A DNA stretch of 50,021 nt from an uncultured Bacilli bacterium (GTDB taxonomy: Bacteria; Bacillota_I; Bacilli_A; RF39; UBA660). Position 1 is the first letter of the stretch, and every line of letters starts with the position of its first letter. A program made the translations under genes and the position numbers. Shown piece by piece: positions 19,131 to 28,657 of this stretch. The notes beneath the pieces are model-generated. The model was given only the letters and a program-made list of their open reading frames with translations. It was not told the DNA's origin and did no database searches. The stretch spans positions 1 to 50,021 of the forward strand of contig CANQFG010000005.1 of NCBI GenBank assembly GCA_947598395.1, in the 5' to 3' direction.

Positions 19131-20330
19131 TTAACAACTTTCCGGTGCTTTATATTCGACACTGGCGGTAAATTTACCTTCATTGGTTTCAATAGTAACC
19201 GTCGTAATGCTAGCTTTAATTTCACTCGTTGCTATCGAATAACTGCGCGGCGTGGCTTCCGTTCCATTATAGATAAATTTAATATAATCAGTCGTTTGAG
19301 TTCCATCCTTATATACTTTAAAAATATATCGTTGGGGAACCATACCCGGTATTTCAATACATTCGGGATTCATTATCACTTTATATACGGATTTAATCGT
19401 AATTTCTTTCGTGGCCGTCTTGCCATTAGAGGTCGTAACCTTAACGGTAATTTTTCCAGACTTCTTAGCACTTACCTTGCCACTTTGATCAATCGTGGCC
19501 TTATCAGAGCCACTAGTGATTTCCCAAGTTACGCTCTTATCAGTTGCATTACTTGGCGTAATATTAACACCTAATTTTAAGCTTTCCCCGGCATTGACGG
19601 TATCATTACCCGTTATAGTGACATTGGTAACTTCTACTCCTTTGGTAGTTGTCGTCGTACCCTCAGTGCTTCCACCACTTGGTTTAGAATTGCCACCCGT
19701 ATTGGGCTTTTTATTTCCGCCGGCCTTAGTCGTCGTCGTCGTGGTCTTATCGGGTTCCGTTATTGTAATTTCATCGGCCTTCTTCGTTACCGTTATCGTC
19801 ACACTTTCTTGATATTTGCCATCTTTTGATTTGACAGTGACAACGGCTGTTCCCTCTTTTAAAGCCGTAATTTTTCCATCTTCCATAACCTTGACGACAT
19901 CTTCCGCACTTGATATAAATACTAAATCTTGTAAATCTACTGCACTAGGATATGCTAGTATTTTAACTGCTCCCGTTGCTCCGACCTCTAATGACAAAGT
20001 TTTACTTTCGAGGACGATTTTTTCTTCCGTAATCCATCTGGCAACTAAAGTAATATCTTCGGTAATCTTCGTATTAAAATCAAACAATTCGTCGTGATAA
20101 TACCATCCTGCAAAGATACTACCCTTTTTAGTTGGATCACTTGGTTTGTTTATCTTTTCATTTTCTTTGACATCGATATTATTTATTAGAGATCCACCAT
20201 TAGAATCAAACGATACCGTAAACTCTTTAGCACAACCCTTTAAGAAAAATAAAATTGCCAAAACGATAACAATAATTCCAGAAATTACCCCACATATTAT
20301 TTTCGTTTTCTTAGTAGATTTTTCCTTCAT
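19131..20330 (-). CDS. membrane-anchored protein with InlB B-repeat and two Big_2 Ig-like domains
   Basis: TM; FTVSFDSNGGS...PTKKGSIFAGWY...FDFNTKITEDITLVARW; GKITALKEGTAVVTV and PSNATDKSVTW...GKVSAKKSGKITVKV; Thr/Gly-rich linker. Confidence 0.85.
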   Translation of the reverse strand: MKEKSTKKTKIICGVISGIIVIVLAILFFLKGCAKEFTVSFDSNGGSLINNIDVKENEKINKPSDPTKKGSIFAGWYYHDELFDFNTKITEDITLVARWITEEKIVLESKTLSLEVGATGAVKILAYPSAVDLQDLVFISSAEDVVKVMEDGKITALKEGTAVVTVKSKDGKYQESVTITVTKKADEITITEPDKTTTTTTKAGGNKKPNTGGNSKPSGGSTEGTTTTTKGVEVTNVTITGNDTVNAGESLKLGVNITPSNATDKSVTWEITSGSDKATIDQSGKVSAKKSGKITVKVTTSNGKTATKEITIKSVYKVIMNPECIEIPGMVPQRYIFKVYKDGTQTTDYIKFIYNGTEATPRSYSIATSEIKASITTVTIETNEGKFTASVEYKAPESC

Positions 20331-20503
20331 ATTTTTTACTCCTCACCGTAGTATTTTCTATTACTACTTTTTTTTAAACTACCATAAAGTATATTATTAT
20401 AATAATTCATATTAAGCGTATCATATATATGATTAACTTGTCAAAAAATATGTTAAATATTAGTACATATAATGTAAATATATGATCTTAAATTATTCCC
20501 ATT

Positions 20504-20535
20504 AAAAAATGCCCACCATAGTGAGTATTTTTTTT
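20504..20535 (-). terminator. terminator downstream of mutL
   Basis: AAAAAATGCCCAC...GTGAGTATTTTTT imperfect stem flanked by A and T runs. Confidence 0.55.
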
Positions 20536-20541
20536 GTTATC

Positions 20542-22311
20542 TTAATTCATGACGCGTTTAAACATTCTTTCGAGTTCATAACGGGTAAATGTTATTATCG
20601 TTGGTCGACCATGGGGACAGTTATAGGGGTTATCGCAGAGGACGAGATCATCTAATAAATTTTGCGCTTGTTCTAAAGTTATGGCTTCATTGCCTTTAAC
20701 GCTCATCTTGCAGGCCATCGTGGCGGCGATATGATCTTGGAATTTGACGCGATCGAAGAGATCCTTGCCTTCGATAATGATATCAAATATCCGGCGAACA
20801 CTTTCCGTCTCCAAGCCCTCGCGCAACCAAGTCGGGTGTTCTTTAATGATATAAGTATTGACGCCAAACTCTTCGATTTTAAAACCTAAATCGCAAAGGA
20901 TTTGCATGTTTTCCTTTATCTTCATAAATTCGCTCGCCGACAATTCGATCGAAATCGGAATGAGCAACGAAGTCGTAAAGATCTTATCGGAAGCTAGGGC
21001 ATGTAATACTTTTTCATAATTGATGCGCTCCTGAGCGGCATGTTGATCGATTAAATACATGCCATCTTGATTTTGGGCAATGATATATGTTCCCAAGGCA
21101 ATGCCGACGGGGTATAATTCCAATTTCTTGATATCTTTATCTGGTTCATAGACTTCCTCTTGCGCTTGTTCGAAGCTGATATCTTTTTCATCGATATTAT
21201 CTTGTTTAAAATCGATGATCTCTTGCCTCGTCGAAGGCTGATAATCGGTTTCCTCTTCGTGAACTTCCGGAAGCGCTATTTCATTATAGACGGTTTCGGG
21301 AACGCGAACTTCAATTTTTGGAACGAGCATCGCCTTCCTCAAGGCTGCACCGATCATTTCGGTAATTAGGCTCGTCAATTCTTCCAATTTGGAGAATTTA
21401 ATATCTTGTTTCGTCGGATGGATATTGACATCGATAATCGTGGGATCCGTTTCGATTAAAAGGACGACGACGGGGTATTTGATATCCGGTTTAAACGTAT
21501 GATAGCCATCATTAATGGCCTTATTGACATCATTATTCCTGACAATGCGACCATTGACGATCGTCGTCATATGCAAGCGACTCGACTTTAAAACGGCGGG
21601 TTTACAGATAAAGCCATAGATATCATAATCGTCCGTACTAGCATTGACGGCAATCATATTCGAACTCACGGTATAACCATAGACTTCATGAATGGTCTTG
21701 AGTAGATCCCCACTGCCGGAAGTAAAGACGATCCGGCGCTCATTATTCGTTAGAGAAAACGAGATATGGGGATGCGATAAGGCGAGTTTTTCGATATAGG
21801 TCGTAACATTGGCAAGTTCCGTAGCGTCGCTCTTTAAATATTTGAGGCGCACCGGCGTATTATAAAATAGATCGGCAACCGTGATATCCGTACCCTGACG
21901 GGCATCCGTATTATCGATACTTTCGATATTGCCACCATTGATGACGATTTCCGTTCCAATACTTCCCTGACTCGTCTTTAAAGTAACTTTCGAAACGCTT
22001 GCAATGCTGGGAAGAGCCTCCCCGCGAAACCCGAGCGTATTGATAAAAAAGAGATCATCTTCTTTTAACAATTTCGAAGTTGCATGCCGTAAAAAGGCCA
22101 ACTTAGCATCCTCGCGATCCATGCCGATGCCATCGTCGATGACGCGTATTTCCTTAATGCCACTTTCCACCAAGGAAACTTTAATGGTCTTGGAATTGGC
22201 ATCGATACTATTTTCGACCAATTCTTTGACGACACTGCTAATGCGTTCGACGACTTCGCCAGCCGCGATTTTATTAGCTAAGTTTTCACTCATTACTTGA
22301 ATTTTGCTCAT
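20542..22311 (-). CDS. mutL: DNA mismatch repair endonuclease MutL
   Basis: NKIAAGEVVER, KELVENSIDA, TLGFRGEAL, DVNIHPTK, DQHAAQERINYE, ACK and CPHGRP. Start at MSKIQVM. Confidence 0.97.
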   Translation of the reverse strand: MSKIQVMSENLANKIAAGEVVERISSVVKELVENSIDANSKTIKVSLVESGIKEIRVIDDGIGMDREDAKLAFLRHATSKLLKEDDLFFINTLGFRGEALPSIASVSKVTLKTSQGSIGTEIVINGGNIESIDNTDARQGTDITVADLFYNTPVRLKYLKSDATELANVTTYIEKLALSHPHISFSLTNNERRIVFTSGSGDLLKTIHEVYGYTVSSNMIAVNASTDDYDIYGFICKPAVLKSSRLHMTTIVNGRIVRNNDVNKAINDGYHTFKPDIKYPVVVLLIETDPTIIDVNIHPTKQDIKFSKLEELTSLITEMIGAALRKAMLVPKIEVRVPETVYNEIALPEVHEEETDYQPSTRQEIIDFKQDNIDEKDISFEQAQEEVYEPDKDIKKLELYPVGIALGTYIIAQNQDGMYLIDQHAAQERINYEKVLHALASDKIFTTSLLIPISIELSASEFMKIKENMQILCDLGFKIEEFGVNTYIIKEHPTWLREGLETESVRRIFDIIIEGKDLFDRVKFQDHIAATMACKMSVKGNEAITLEQAQNLLDDLVLCDNPYNCPHGRPTIITFTRYELERMFKRVMN

Positions 22312-23287
22312 CTTTATATCCCCCAAACATGGAATCCCGTACTTCTAAGAAAGATGCTGGGATATTACAAGTTACCGTACAGGGCTTTTTAATCGTCAAA
22401 AAGCCAATGCCCTTTAGGACGATATCTTGGTTATCCTTCACAATATCGATTTTCGTAACTAAATCGGGAGCAGCCTTATAATACTTCTTGACAATTTTTT
22501 TGCCACTTTGATTGGCATATAGGACTACGGAAGTCTTAGCATCGAATTTAAAATAGTATTTATTATCAAAAAGGGCTATCGTCTCGCATTCCTTCATCTG
22601 CATCGTATATGAGACAATCGTCTTACTGCTCGTCGTATTATCCAAAAAATTATCGATGATAAAACCGGGCGAATCGATCAAAGTCATGCCATTAGCTAAC
22701 TTTACGCGAATGAAATCCAAAGTCGTATTGGCCCGCTTATTGACATTGATCTTGGCCATATCCGTCTTCGTAACATCGATAAAATCATTGATAAAAGTCG
22801 ATTTACCACTATTGGAAATCCCCAAGACATACATCTCCATAATATTATTTTCCTCTAAATAATGTAAAACGGGCTTGATTCCATGAAAGCTATTGCTGCC
22901 CTTCAGTTTGATCTCCGAATCGATATGATAATAATCTTGTAGGTATTTTAAGAAATTTAATTTATTGACATCTTTGGGCAATAGTTCGCATTTATTGACG
23001 ATTAATAACTTAGGTCGCGTAATGCTCTTAAAAATCGTCATTACTTCGTCATTGATATTTAAAAAATCGACTAAAAAGATGACAAAGCGATGATCTTTAT
23101 TGACTTTATTGATAATCTCCTTTTTATCTTTAGGAGTAGTCATCTCCTGTTGTTCCCCATAATGCATCATGCGAAAACACCGCATGCAATAGGATGCCGT
23201 ATTAATCTTACCTTCGGGAATATAGCCCTTGCTCTCCTTATCGACACTTTGTAATTTGGCCCCACAGCCAAAGCATATCTTATTCAT
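22286..23287 (-). CDS. yqeH: ribosome biogenesis GTPase YqeH
   Basis: CFGCGAKLQ and CMRCFRMMHY zinc finger; circularly permuted GTPase (NKCE, GISNSGKS, TT, DSPG); downstream of yqeG. Confidence 0.9.
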   Translation of the reverse strand: MNKICFGCGAKLQSVDKESKGYIPEGKINTASYCMRCFRMMHYGEQQEMTTPKDKKEIINKVNKDHRFVIFLVDFLNINDEVMTIFKSITRPKLLIVNKCELLPKDVNKLNFLKYLQDYYHIDSEIKLKGSNSFHGIKPVLHYLEENNIMEMYVLGISNSGKSTFINDFIDVTKTDMAKINVNKRANTTLDFIRVKLANGMTLIDSPGFIIDNFLDNTTSSKTIVSYTMQMKECETIALFDNKYYFKFDAKTSVVLYANQSGKKIVKKYYKAAPDLVTKIDIVKDNQDIVLKGIGFLTIKKPCTVTCNIPASFLEVRDSMFGGYKDEQNSSNE

Positions 23288-23804
23288 AATATCTTCCCCT
23301 TTTAAATAGATCTTTTTTGGTCAAATGCTTGATGACTTGATTTTCCATTTGCCGATTTAATTTCGTAGTAGCAAATTCATCGGTACTGATCGGATTGACG
23401 AGAATAGAGGTAAAGTTCATGCGATTAGCACCATAGATATCAAAAAATAATTGATCGCCAATACAGGCAATTTGATTATCCTTTAAATCGTGAAAGCGCA
23501 TGATCTTTTTATATTTATGTTTTAAGGGTTTAAAGGATAAAAAACAGGAATCGACACATAGTATTTCCTTAAAGGGTGTCACATCTTTTTTCAAGCCATT
23601 GCTCATGATGACGAGATAAAAATTCATGTCTTTTAGATCTTCAAAGAGATCTTTTATTTTGCGCGTGGGACTTTTAATATTGGTTGGACTTATCGTATTG
23701 GATAGATCAAAGATTAGACATTTGATACCACTCTTTTTTAAAGCTTTATAATTGATATCATAGATACTTTTAAAATATTTATCCGGTACAAATCGATCTA
23801 ACAT
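23280..23804 (-). CDS. yqeG: HAD IIIA phosphatase YqeG
   Basis: PDKYFKSIYDI, GIKCLIFDLSNT, SN, KP and IGDQLFFDIYGANR; yqeG-yqeH synteny. Confidence 0.88.
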   Translation of the reverse strand: MLDRFVPDKYFKSIYDINYKALKKSGIKCLIFDLSNTISPTNIKSPTRKIKDLFEDLKDMNFYLVIMSNGLKKDVTPFKEILCVDSCFLSFKPLKHKYKKIMRFHDLKDNQIACIGDQLFFDIYGANRMNFTSILVNPISTDEFATTKLNRQMENQVIKHLTKKDLFKRGRYYE

Positions 23805-23844
23805 AATATCCCTCTTCTTTTAATATTGTATCATACCCGATAAT

Positions 23845-23885
23845 AAAAAAATAGCTCATATCTTTGCAATATGAACTAATTTTTT
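23845..23885 (-). terminator. terminator after the 23884-25527 gene
   Basis: TAGCTCATAT...ATATGAACTA imperfect stem flanked by A and T runs. Confidence 0.6.
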
Positions 23886-25527
23886 ACTTACATGAAGAGG
23901 AGATATCGACGCGATAATCGATGGTCCTATTTTGATATTTGGCCGTAAAGATCATATAGCCATCTTTATTATTGCAGCCCCAATCCGCCTTATCTTTAGT
24001 CGTATAGCATTGGATATCGACCTTAGCTCCCATGAGTGGCGCATTATCCGCATTGCCCAAGGCCGTATTGCCACTATAGAGGATCAAATTATTTTGAATA
24101 TAGGTTCGGTCTTTGGTCGTAAAGCAGCCGTTAGGGTTTTCAATTTTAAAGCTTAATTCTTCGCTCGTTGGTGGAATTCGCGTCTCAGCTCCATCACAGC
24201 TATCTTTGACATCAAAGCGCATGGAGTCCTCTAATCCCGTCTCCGTCGTGGCTTTAACTTCGATATAACCACCCGTCAAGTTACTGCTACAATTTACACT
24301 TTTACCGGCCGCATTATAGCAGAATGGTTCGATGCGTGCTTGTTGGTTGGCACTGATATTGTCCAAAAGATCGCCTAAATCATCATTGGTAAAGCACGTC
24401 TTATTGCCCCAATAGGTCAAGGTGAGCTTATCCGGACGCTTAGCCGTCGTAACCGTCGTCGTCTTGCCGGCACTTTCGCCCTTGCCACAGTCACTTAAAT
24501 CCTTATAGAAGTAGACGACTTGTTTGACCGTCGCTCCCTTATAAGTCGCCGTATACTCGACCCAACCGGGTTCATTGCAGGCAAAATCACCTTTGCCATC
24601 CATCTTATAGCATTGGGCTTCGATAACCCCACCATTTTGAATAGCCGTATAGGTATTGCCCAAATCGAACTTCTTATTATCTTTCGGATCCTTATAGATC
24701 AAATGGATATTGTTATGAACGGTATCGCGGTCTGTAGTATTGTTGATAAAGCATGTCTTAGAAGTATTTTCCAAGACGAGCTCTAAATCCTTAAAATTAG
24801 CTCCCGCTTCCTTCGATTGACTTCCCTCACAGCTATCCTTTATATTAAATGAATATGTCAAGCTCTCGCCACTGCGATCATCGCGCGCCGTAAATTCGAC
24901 GCGACCACCAATAAGGGCATCATCCGAACAATCGATTTTCTTGCCATCTTTATCATAACAAGTCGGATTGGCTTTATACGTACTATTAGCTGGTTCGGGA
25001 TCGGCATGAAGATTAGCTATGATATCGTCATAATCATCGACTGTGAAGCACGTCTTGGTGCCATAATACTCGAGCGTAAAGGCCCGGTTGGGATCCAAAC
25101 TCTCATATTTTGGTACTTCGAGAGCCGGTTTTTCCTCGGGTTGTTCGATGATCTCGGGCGTATTTTCAAATTTACAGCCGCCCTCATCATCCCAAACATT
25201 CATCATCTGCATCACTTGGTCTACTAAGACGGGAAGAAAGAAGATGAGCGCCGCTAGACCGACGCGCTTGCAAAAGCGAATGAAGACTTTTTTAAGTTCC
25301 ACTTGGGCATCGCCTTTGGTAATGGCAATGACGGCCTCATAAGTCGAGACGACGATGACGAGCAAGGGCGCCACGATCTTGAATATATTTAAGACATTGG
25401 TCAAATCCTTCGTTACATGGGGTCCTAGAGGACAAGCCGCATAGACATCGACCCGAAAAGTCATTAAGCTGATGAGTAAAATGCCGATAAGGCCTAAAAG
25501 TTTTTTGGATTTTTTCATGAAAATCAC
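23884..25527 (-). CDS. pilin-like (two-TM hairpin) membrane protein with four Cys-rich extracellular repeats
   Basis: Signal peptide, two hydrophobic helices separated by a charged loop (GDAQVELKKVFIRFCKR), then four modules each with CF...CY...C...C. Confidence 0.75.
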   Translation of the reverse strand: MIFMKKSKKLLGLIGILLISLMTFRVDVYAACPLGPHVTKDLTNVLNIFKIVAPLLVIVVSTYEAVIAITKGDAQVELKKVFIRFCKRVGLAALIFFLPVLVDQVMQMMNVWDDEGGCKFENTPEIIEQPEEKPALEVPKYESLDPNRAFTLEYYGTKTCFTVDDYDDIIANLHADPEPANSTYKANPTCYDKDGKKIDCSDDALIGGRVEFTARDDRSGESLTYSFNIKDSCEGSQSKEAGANFKDLELVLENTSKTCFINNTTDRDTVHNNIHLIYKDPKDNKKFDLGNTYTAIQNGGVIEAQCYKMDGKGDFACNEPGWVEYTATYKGATVKQVVYFYKDLSDCGKGESAGKTTTVTTAKRPDKLTLTYWGNKTCFTNDDLGDLLDNISANQQARIEPFCYNAAGKSVNCSSNLTGGYIEVKATTETGLEDSMRFDVKDSCDGAETRIPPTSEELSFKIENPNGCFTTKDRTYIQNNLILYSGNTALGNADNAPLMGAKVDIQCYTTKDKADWGCNNKDGYMIFTAKYQNRTIDYRVDISSSCK

Positions 25528-25618
25528 CTAGCTTTATTATAAAATAAGTGTCTACCACATTCAAGTCTTTACATTTTATTTAACATTTATTTTAGCAAAT
25601 ATTCATAAACTTTATTAG

Positions 25619-26320
25619 GTGAATTATATGTTGTTTTTAATCCATATCATGAATATGCTCTCCTTGGCCATGGGTTCATACTCGATCAATGTCTTTCCCG
25701 AACCCCTTCCAAAAGAGGAAGAGGAAGATTTGATCAATAAAATGATGAATCACGATATCGAAGCACGCAATAAACTCATCGAACATAATCTCCGCTTAGT
25801 AGCCCATATCGTCAAGAAATTTGAACGTATCGAAAATAACACCGATGATCTCATCAGCATTGGCACCATCGGTCTAATTAAAGGCATCGATTCCTTTAAA
25901 CCGGATAAGAAAAATCGCCTCACGACTTATGTGGCACGGTGTATCGAAAACGAAGTCTTAATGCACTTTCGGTCCAACCGCAAGAATAATAACAACGTCT
26001 CCTTAAACGATACGATCGGCTATGATAAAGATGGCAACGAGATAAACCTCATCGATGTCATCAAGGCCAATTCCGAAGATCTAATCGAGGACCTGCACTA
26101 TAAGGAGAACAAGGAAGCGATCAATACCTATCTAAAAGTCTTAACGCCCCGGGAACGGCAGATCATCACGAAGCGGTACGGCCTTTATAATAATGATGAA
26201 CTAACCCAAAAGGAAATCGCCAAAGAATTAGGAATTTCCCGCTCATATGTCTCTCGAATTGAAAAGCGGGCCATATCGAAGATGTATCGCGAATTTAAGA
26301 AGAATAAAAAAGAGCTCTAA
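25619..26320 (+). CDS. sigK: sporulation sigma factor SigK (pro-sigmaK), uninterrupted
   Basis: FPEPL, ARNKLIEHNLRLVAHIVKKF, DDLISIGTIGLIK, CIENEVLMHFR and TQKEIAKELGISRSYVSRIEKRA; hydrophobic pro-sequence. Confidence 0.9.
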   Translation: MNYMLFLIHIMNMLSLAMGSYSINVFPEPLPKEEEEDLINKMMNHDIEARNKLIEHNLRLVAHIVKKFERIENNTDDLISIGTIGLIKGIDSFKPDKKNRLTTYVARCIENEVLMHFRSNRKNNNNVSLNDTIGYDKDGNEINLIDVIKANSEDLIEDLHYKENKEAINTYLKVLTPRERQIITKRYGLYNNDELTQKEIAKELGISRSYVSRIEKRAISKMYREFKKNKKEL

Positions 26321-26553
26321 TCCAAAGGTCTAAAGAACTCCGCCATATCGACATCTAAAGCTTTGGCAATCGTCCATAACGTCCCCAAGGCAAATGTCTG
26401 TAAATATTTTTTGCTCTCAATATTCATGATAAATCCCAAGGAATAAGTACTTCTCTGTGCTAAATCACTTTGTTTTAAGCCCTTTTCGATGCGAATCCGT
26501 TTGATATTTTGGCCCACTAAATAATAGACATAGTTTTCATCATCTTTATTCAT
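26317..26553 (-). CDS. XRE-family HTH transcriptional regulator
   Basis: VGQNIKRIRIEKGLKQSDLA...IMNIES...TLWTIAKALDV. Confidence 0.85.
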   Translation of the reverse strand: MNKDDENYVYYLVGQNIKRIRIEKGLKQSDLAQRSTYSLGFIMNIESKKYLQTFALGTLWTIAKALDVDMAEFFRPLD

Positions 26554-26669
26554 TGGACCACCACTCTTATAAAATTATTTTCCCACAAGATTAATTATTT
26601 TTACCTCACCAATTCGTTGAGAAAAAATCTTTCTTATGTTATAATAATTTTGGTTAAGGAGTCGGCTAT

Positions 26670-26954
26670 ATGAAAAAGAAAAACGAAGCAACATTTATTT
26701 TAAATTCCGATATCAAAAAATGGCGGCAAAGGGATTACTATACTTCTATCGATGCCGAATTTGAAAAGAGATTAGCGGAGATAACGGGGCTACAAAATGC
26801 CTTTATCATCATTTGGAAAGCCGAGAGGAATGCCCTAACTAAAGAATTTGACTATTATGAATTTCAATATGGCAACAAGTATTTTCAACTCAAAAAGAAT
26901 AAACTTAAGGAAATCACTCGCGAAGATGTCTTTGGCGAAAAAAAGAAGAGATGA
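26670..26954 (+). CDS. hypothetical protein, divergent from the XRE regulator
   Basis: AAGGAG RBS and upstream TGTTATAAT; 94 aa. Confidence 0.65.
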   Translation: MKKKNEATFILNSDIKKWRQRDYYTSIDAEFEKRLAEITGLQNAFIIIWKAERNALTKEFDYYEFQYGNKYFQLKKNKLKEITREDVFGEKKKR

Positions 26955-26957
26955 TGT

Positions 26958-27593
26958 TCAACTCTTCTTTTTAAGTTTGATAAAACCAACTTCTAACATA
27001 ATTATGGCGATTCCCAATAATATATGTTCGTAGCGTCTAAACAAATAGTTAAATATGGGCTCTTTAAAGGACAATATCAGATATAAAAAGCCATAGATCA
27101 TAACTAAGAGGAAAAAGCTTAAGATCATGATCCATTCTAAGTCATGATGTTTTTTGGTATGTAAAAAGAAATTGCCAACGATAAAAATCGTCACTAAGGT
27201 TACCAAATAGATGATATAGCTCTTTTTATGCAATTGATATTTCTCTGCCTCGCGATGGAAGCGTACATGATCGTTATAGATAGCATCGATTTCGGCTAAA
27301 TCGCCCTCCTTTTTAATGCGAATCTTATTGCTGATGAGATAATCTTGCGAAAAGTGCTTTTTGACATAATTATCGACATCGCGTTTTAGATCTTGACTAG
27401 CCAATTCATAGTCTAAATACCCTCTTTCCTCTAAGGATTTGGCTATATTATGTTCGATCGTAGTATAGTAATCATGATCCTCTAACGTATCGATGATGAA
27501 GTGATCATTTAAGATCGTCAAGCTAAATAACACGATGGTGATCGTCGCGGAAAGGAGTATGGAAGCTAAAATATTTAAAGACCACCACTTCAT
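26958..27593 (-). CDS. hypothetical membrane protein (about 4 TM)
   Basis: One N-terminal and three C-terminal hydrophobic helices; ATGA-coupled to the VanZ-family gene. Confidence 0.75.
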   Translation of the reverse strand: MKWWSLNILASILLSATITIVLFSLTILNDHFIIDTLEDHDYYTTIEHNIAKSLEERGYLDYELASQDLKRDVDNYVKKHFSQDYLISNKIRIKKEGDLAEIDAIYNDHVRFHREAEKYQLHKKSYIIYLVTLVTIFIVGNFFLHTKKHHDLEWIMILSFFLLVMIYGFLYLILSFKEPIFNYLFRRYEHILLGIAIIMLEVGFIKLKKKS

Positions 27594-28045
27594 GATTGGC
27601 CCCTTTTAAGATAGATAAAATAGTGATAGAGATACTCGGCGAAGAGGGCCCCACTGGCATCGAGCAATACGTCACTCAAAGCGCCGACGCGACCACTTAT
27701 GAAGCTCTGATGAAATTCGTCCGATATGGCAAAAAGGGTCGAAATAATGCCGGCAATAATCAAAGTTTTAAGGCGTATTCCCCAGATATAGCAGGCATTC
27801 ATGATGAGAAAACCGAGAATAAAGTAGATCGTAAAATGCGCCAGTTTGCGTACGGGAAAGGATAGATCTTCGACGATTCTTTGCATTTCGGGCGTATCCT
27901 TCTTTATATCAGTAAATAAAGTGACGGCCGTCGTAATGATCTCTTCCGATAGGGAGCCCGATTCCCGACCATTTTGATTGGAAAAGTTAAAAATTACGCT
28001 CATCCAGACGATGACTAAGATCAGGGAACATATTTTTTTCATCAT
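27590..28045 (-). CDS. VanZ family membrane protein
   Basis: IFNFSNQ...S, VRKLAHFTIYFILG, AISDEFHQSFISGR and DVLLDASG. Confidence 0.9.
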   Translation of the reverse strand: MMKKICSLILVIVWMSVIFNFSNQNGRESGSLSEEIITTAVTLFTDIKKDTPEMQRIVEDLSFPVRKLAHFTIYFILGFLIMNACYIWGIRLKTLIIAGIISTLFAISDEFHQSFISGRVGALSDVLLDASGALFAEYLYHYFIYLKRGQS

Positions 28046-28650
28046 AAATAATTGATCCGCCCTTCGATATAGTCATTGGCAACATGTAAAAATTCTTTGA
28101 TATATTTCATATCTAATTTAGCCTTTTCGCCACTGATGCTATTGAAGTCATATTGACATAATAAGTCACTCATCTGCGTCTCATCCGTGATAAAGCGTTC
28201 CCAACAATTCATATCGCCATATTTCATGGAAACGACCTTATGCCATCCGATATTGATATCGTCGATATTTTCCAAGGCATCAATATTTAGAAATTTCTCT
28301 TTGGCCAAGGCGACATACTTGGGCGATAAAAAGATATTCGATATATACCCGATGCGTTCAAATTCACAGTTAAATTCACTTAGGGTATCGACCATGTCGA
28401 AGATTAGAGTTGCTAGATGATCAAAATAGTTATGATTGACGACGATCGATAAAAGCGTATAATTCGCCTGCATTTTAAAGTCGCCATTTTCATTGAAGAG
28501 AATGAGCGGTACTTTGCTATTGTCACTTTTAGGCAAGACGAGGGGCCGACCCAATTCGGGATAGCGGTTGCTCATCTCCTTGGCAACATCGAGGGGTTGA
28601 TAAAGCGTTGATTCTTTAAAATATAAGATTATTTCTTTGGTATCTTTCAT
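28042..28650 (-). CDS. hypothetical protein
   Basis: 202 aa with an AGGTG RBS, in an operon with neighbours. Confidence 0.75.
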   Translation of the reverse strand: MKDTKEIILYFKESTLYQPLDVAKEMSNRYPELGRPLVLPKSDNSKVPLILFNENGDFKMQANYTLLSIVVNHNYFDHLATLIFDMVDTLSEFNCEFERIGYISNIFLSPKYVALAKEKFLNIDALENIDDINIGWHKVVSMKYGDMNCWERFITDETQMSDLLCQYDFNSISGEKAKLDMKYIKEFLHVANDYIEGRINYL

Positions 28651-28657
28651 ACTTCAC

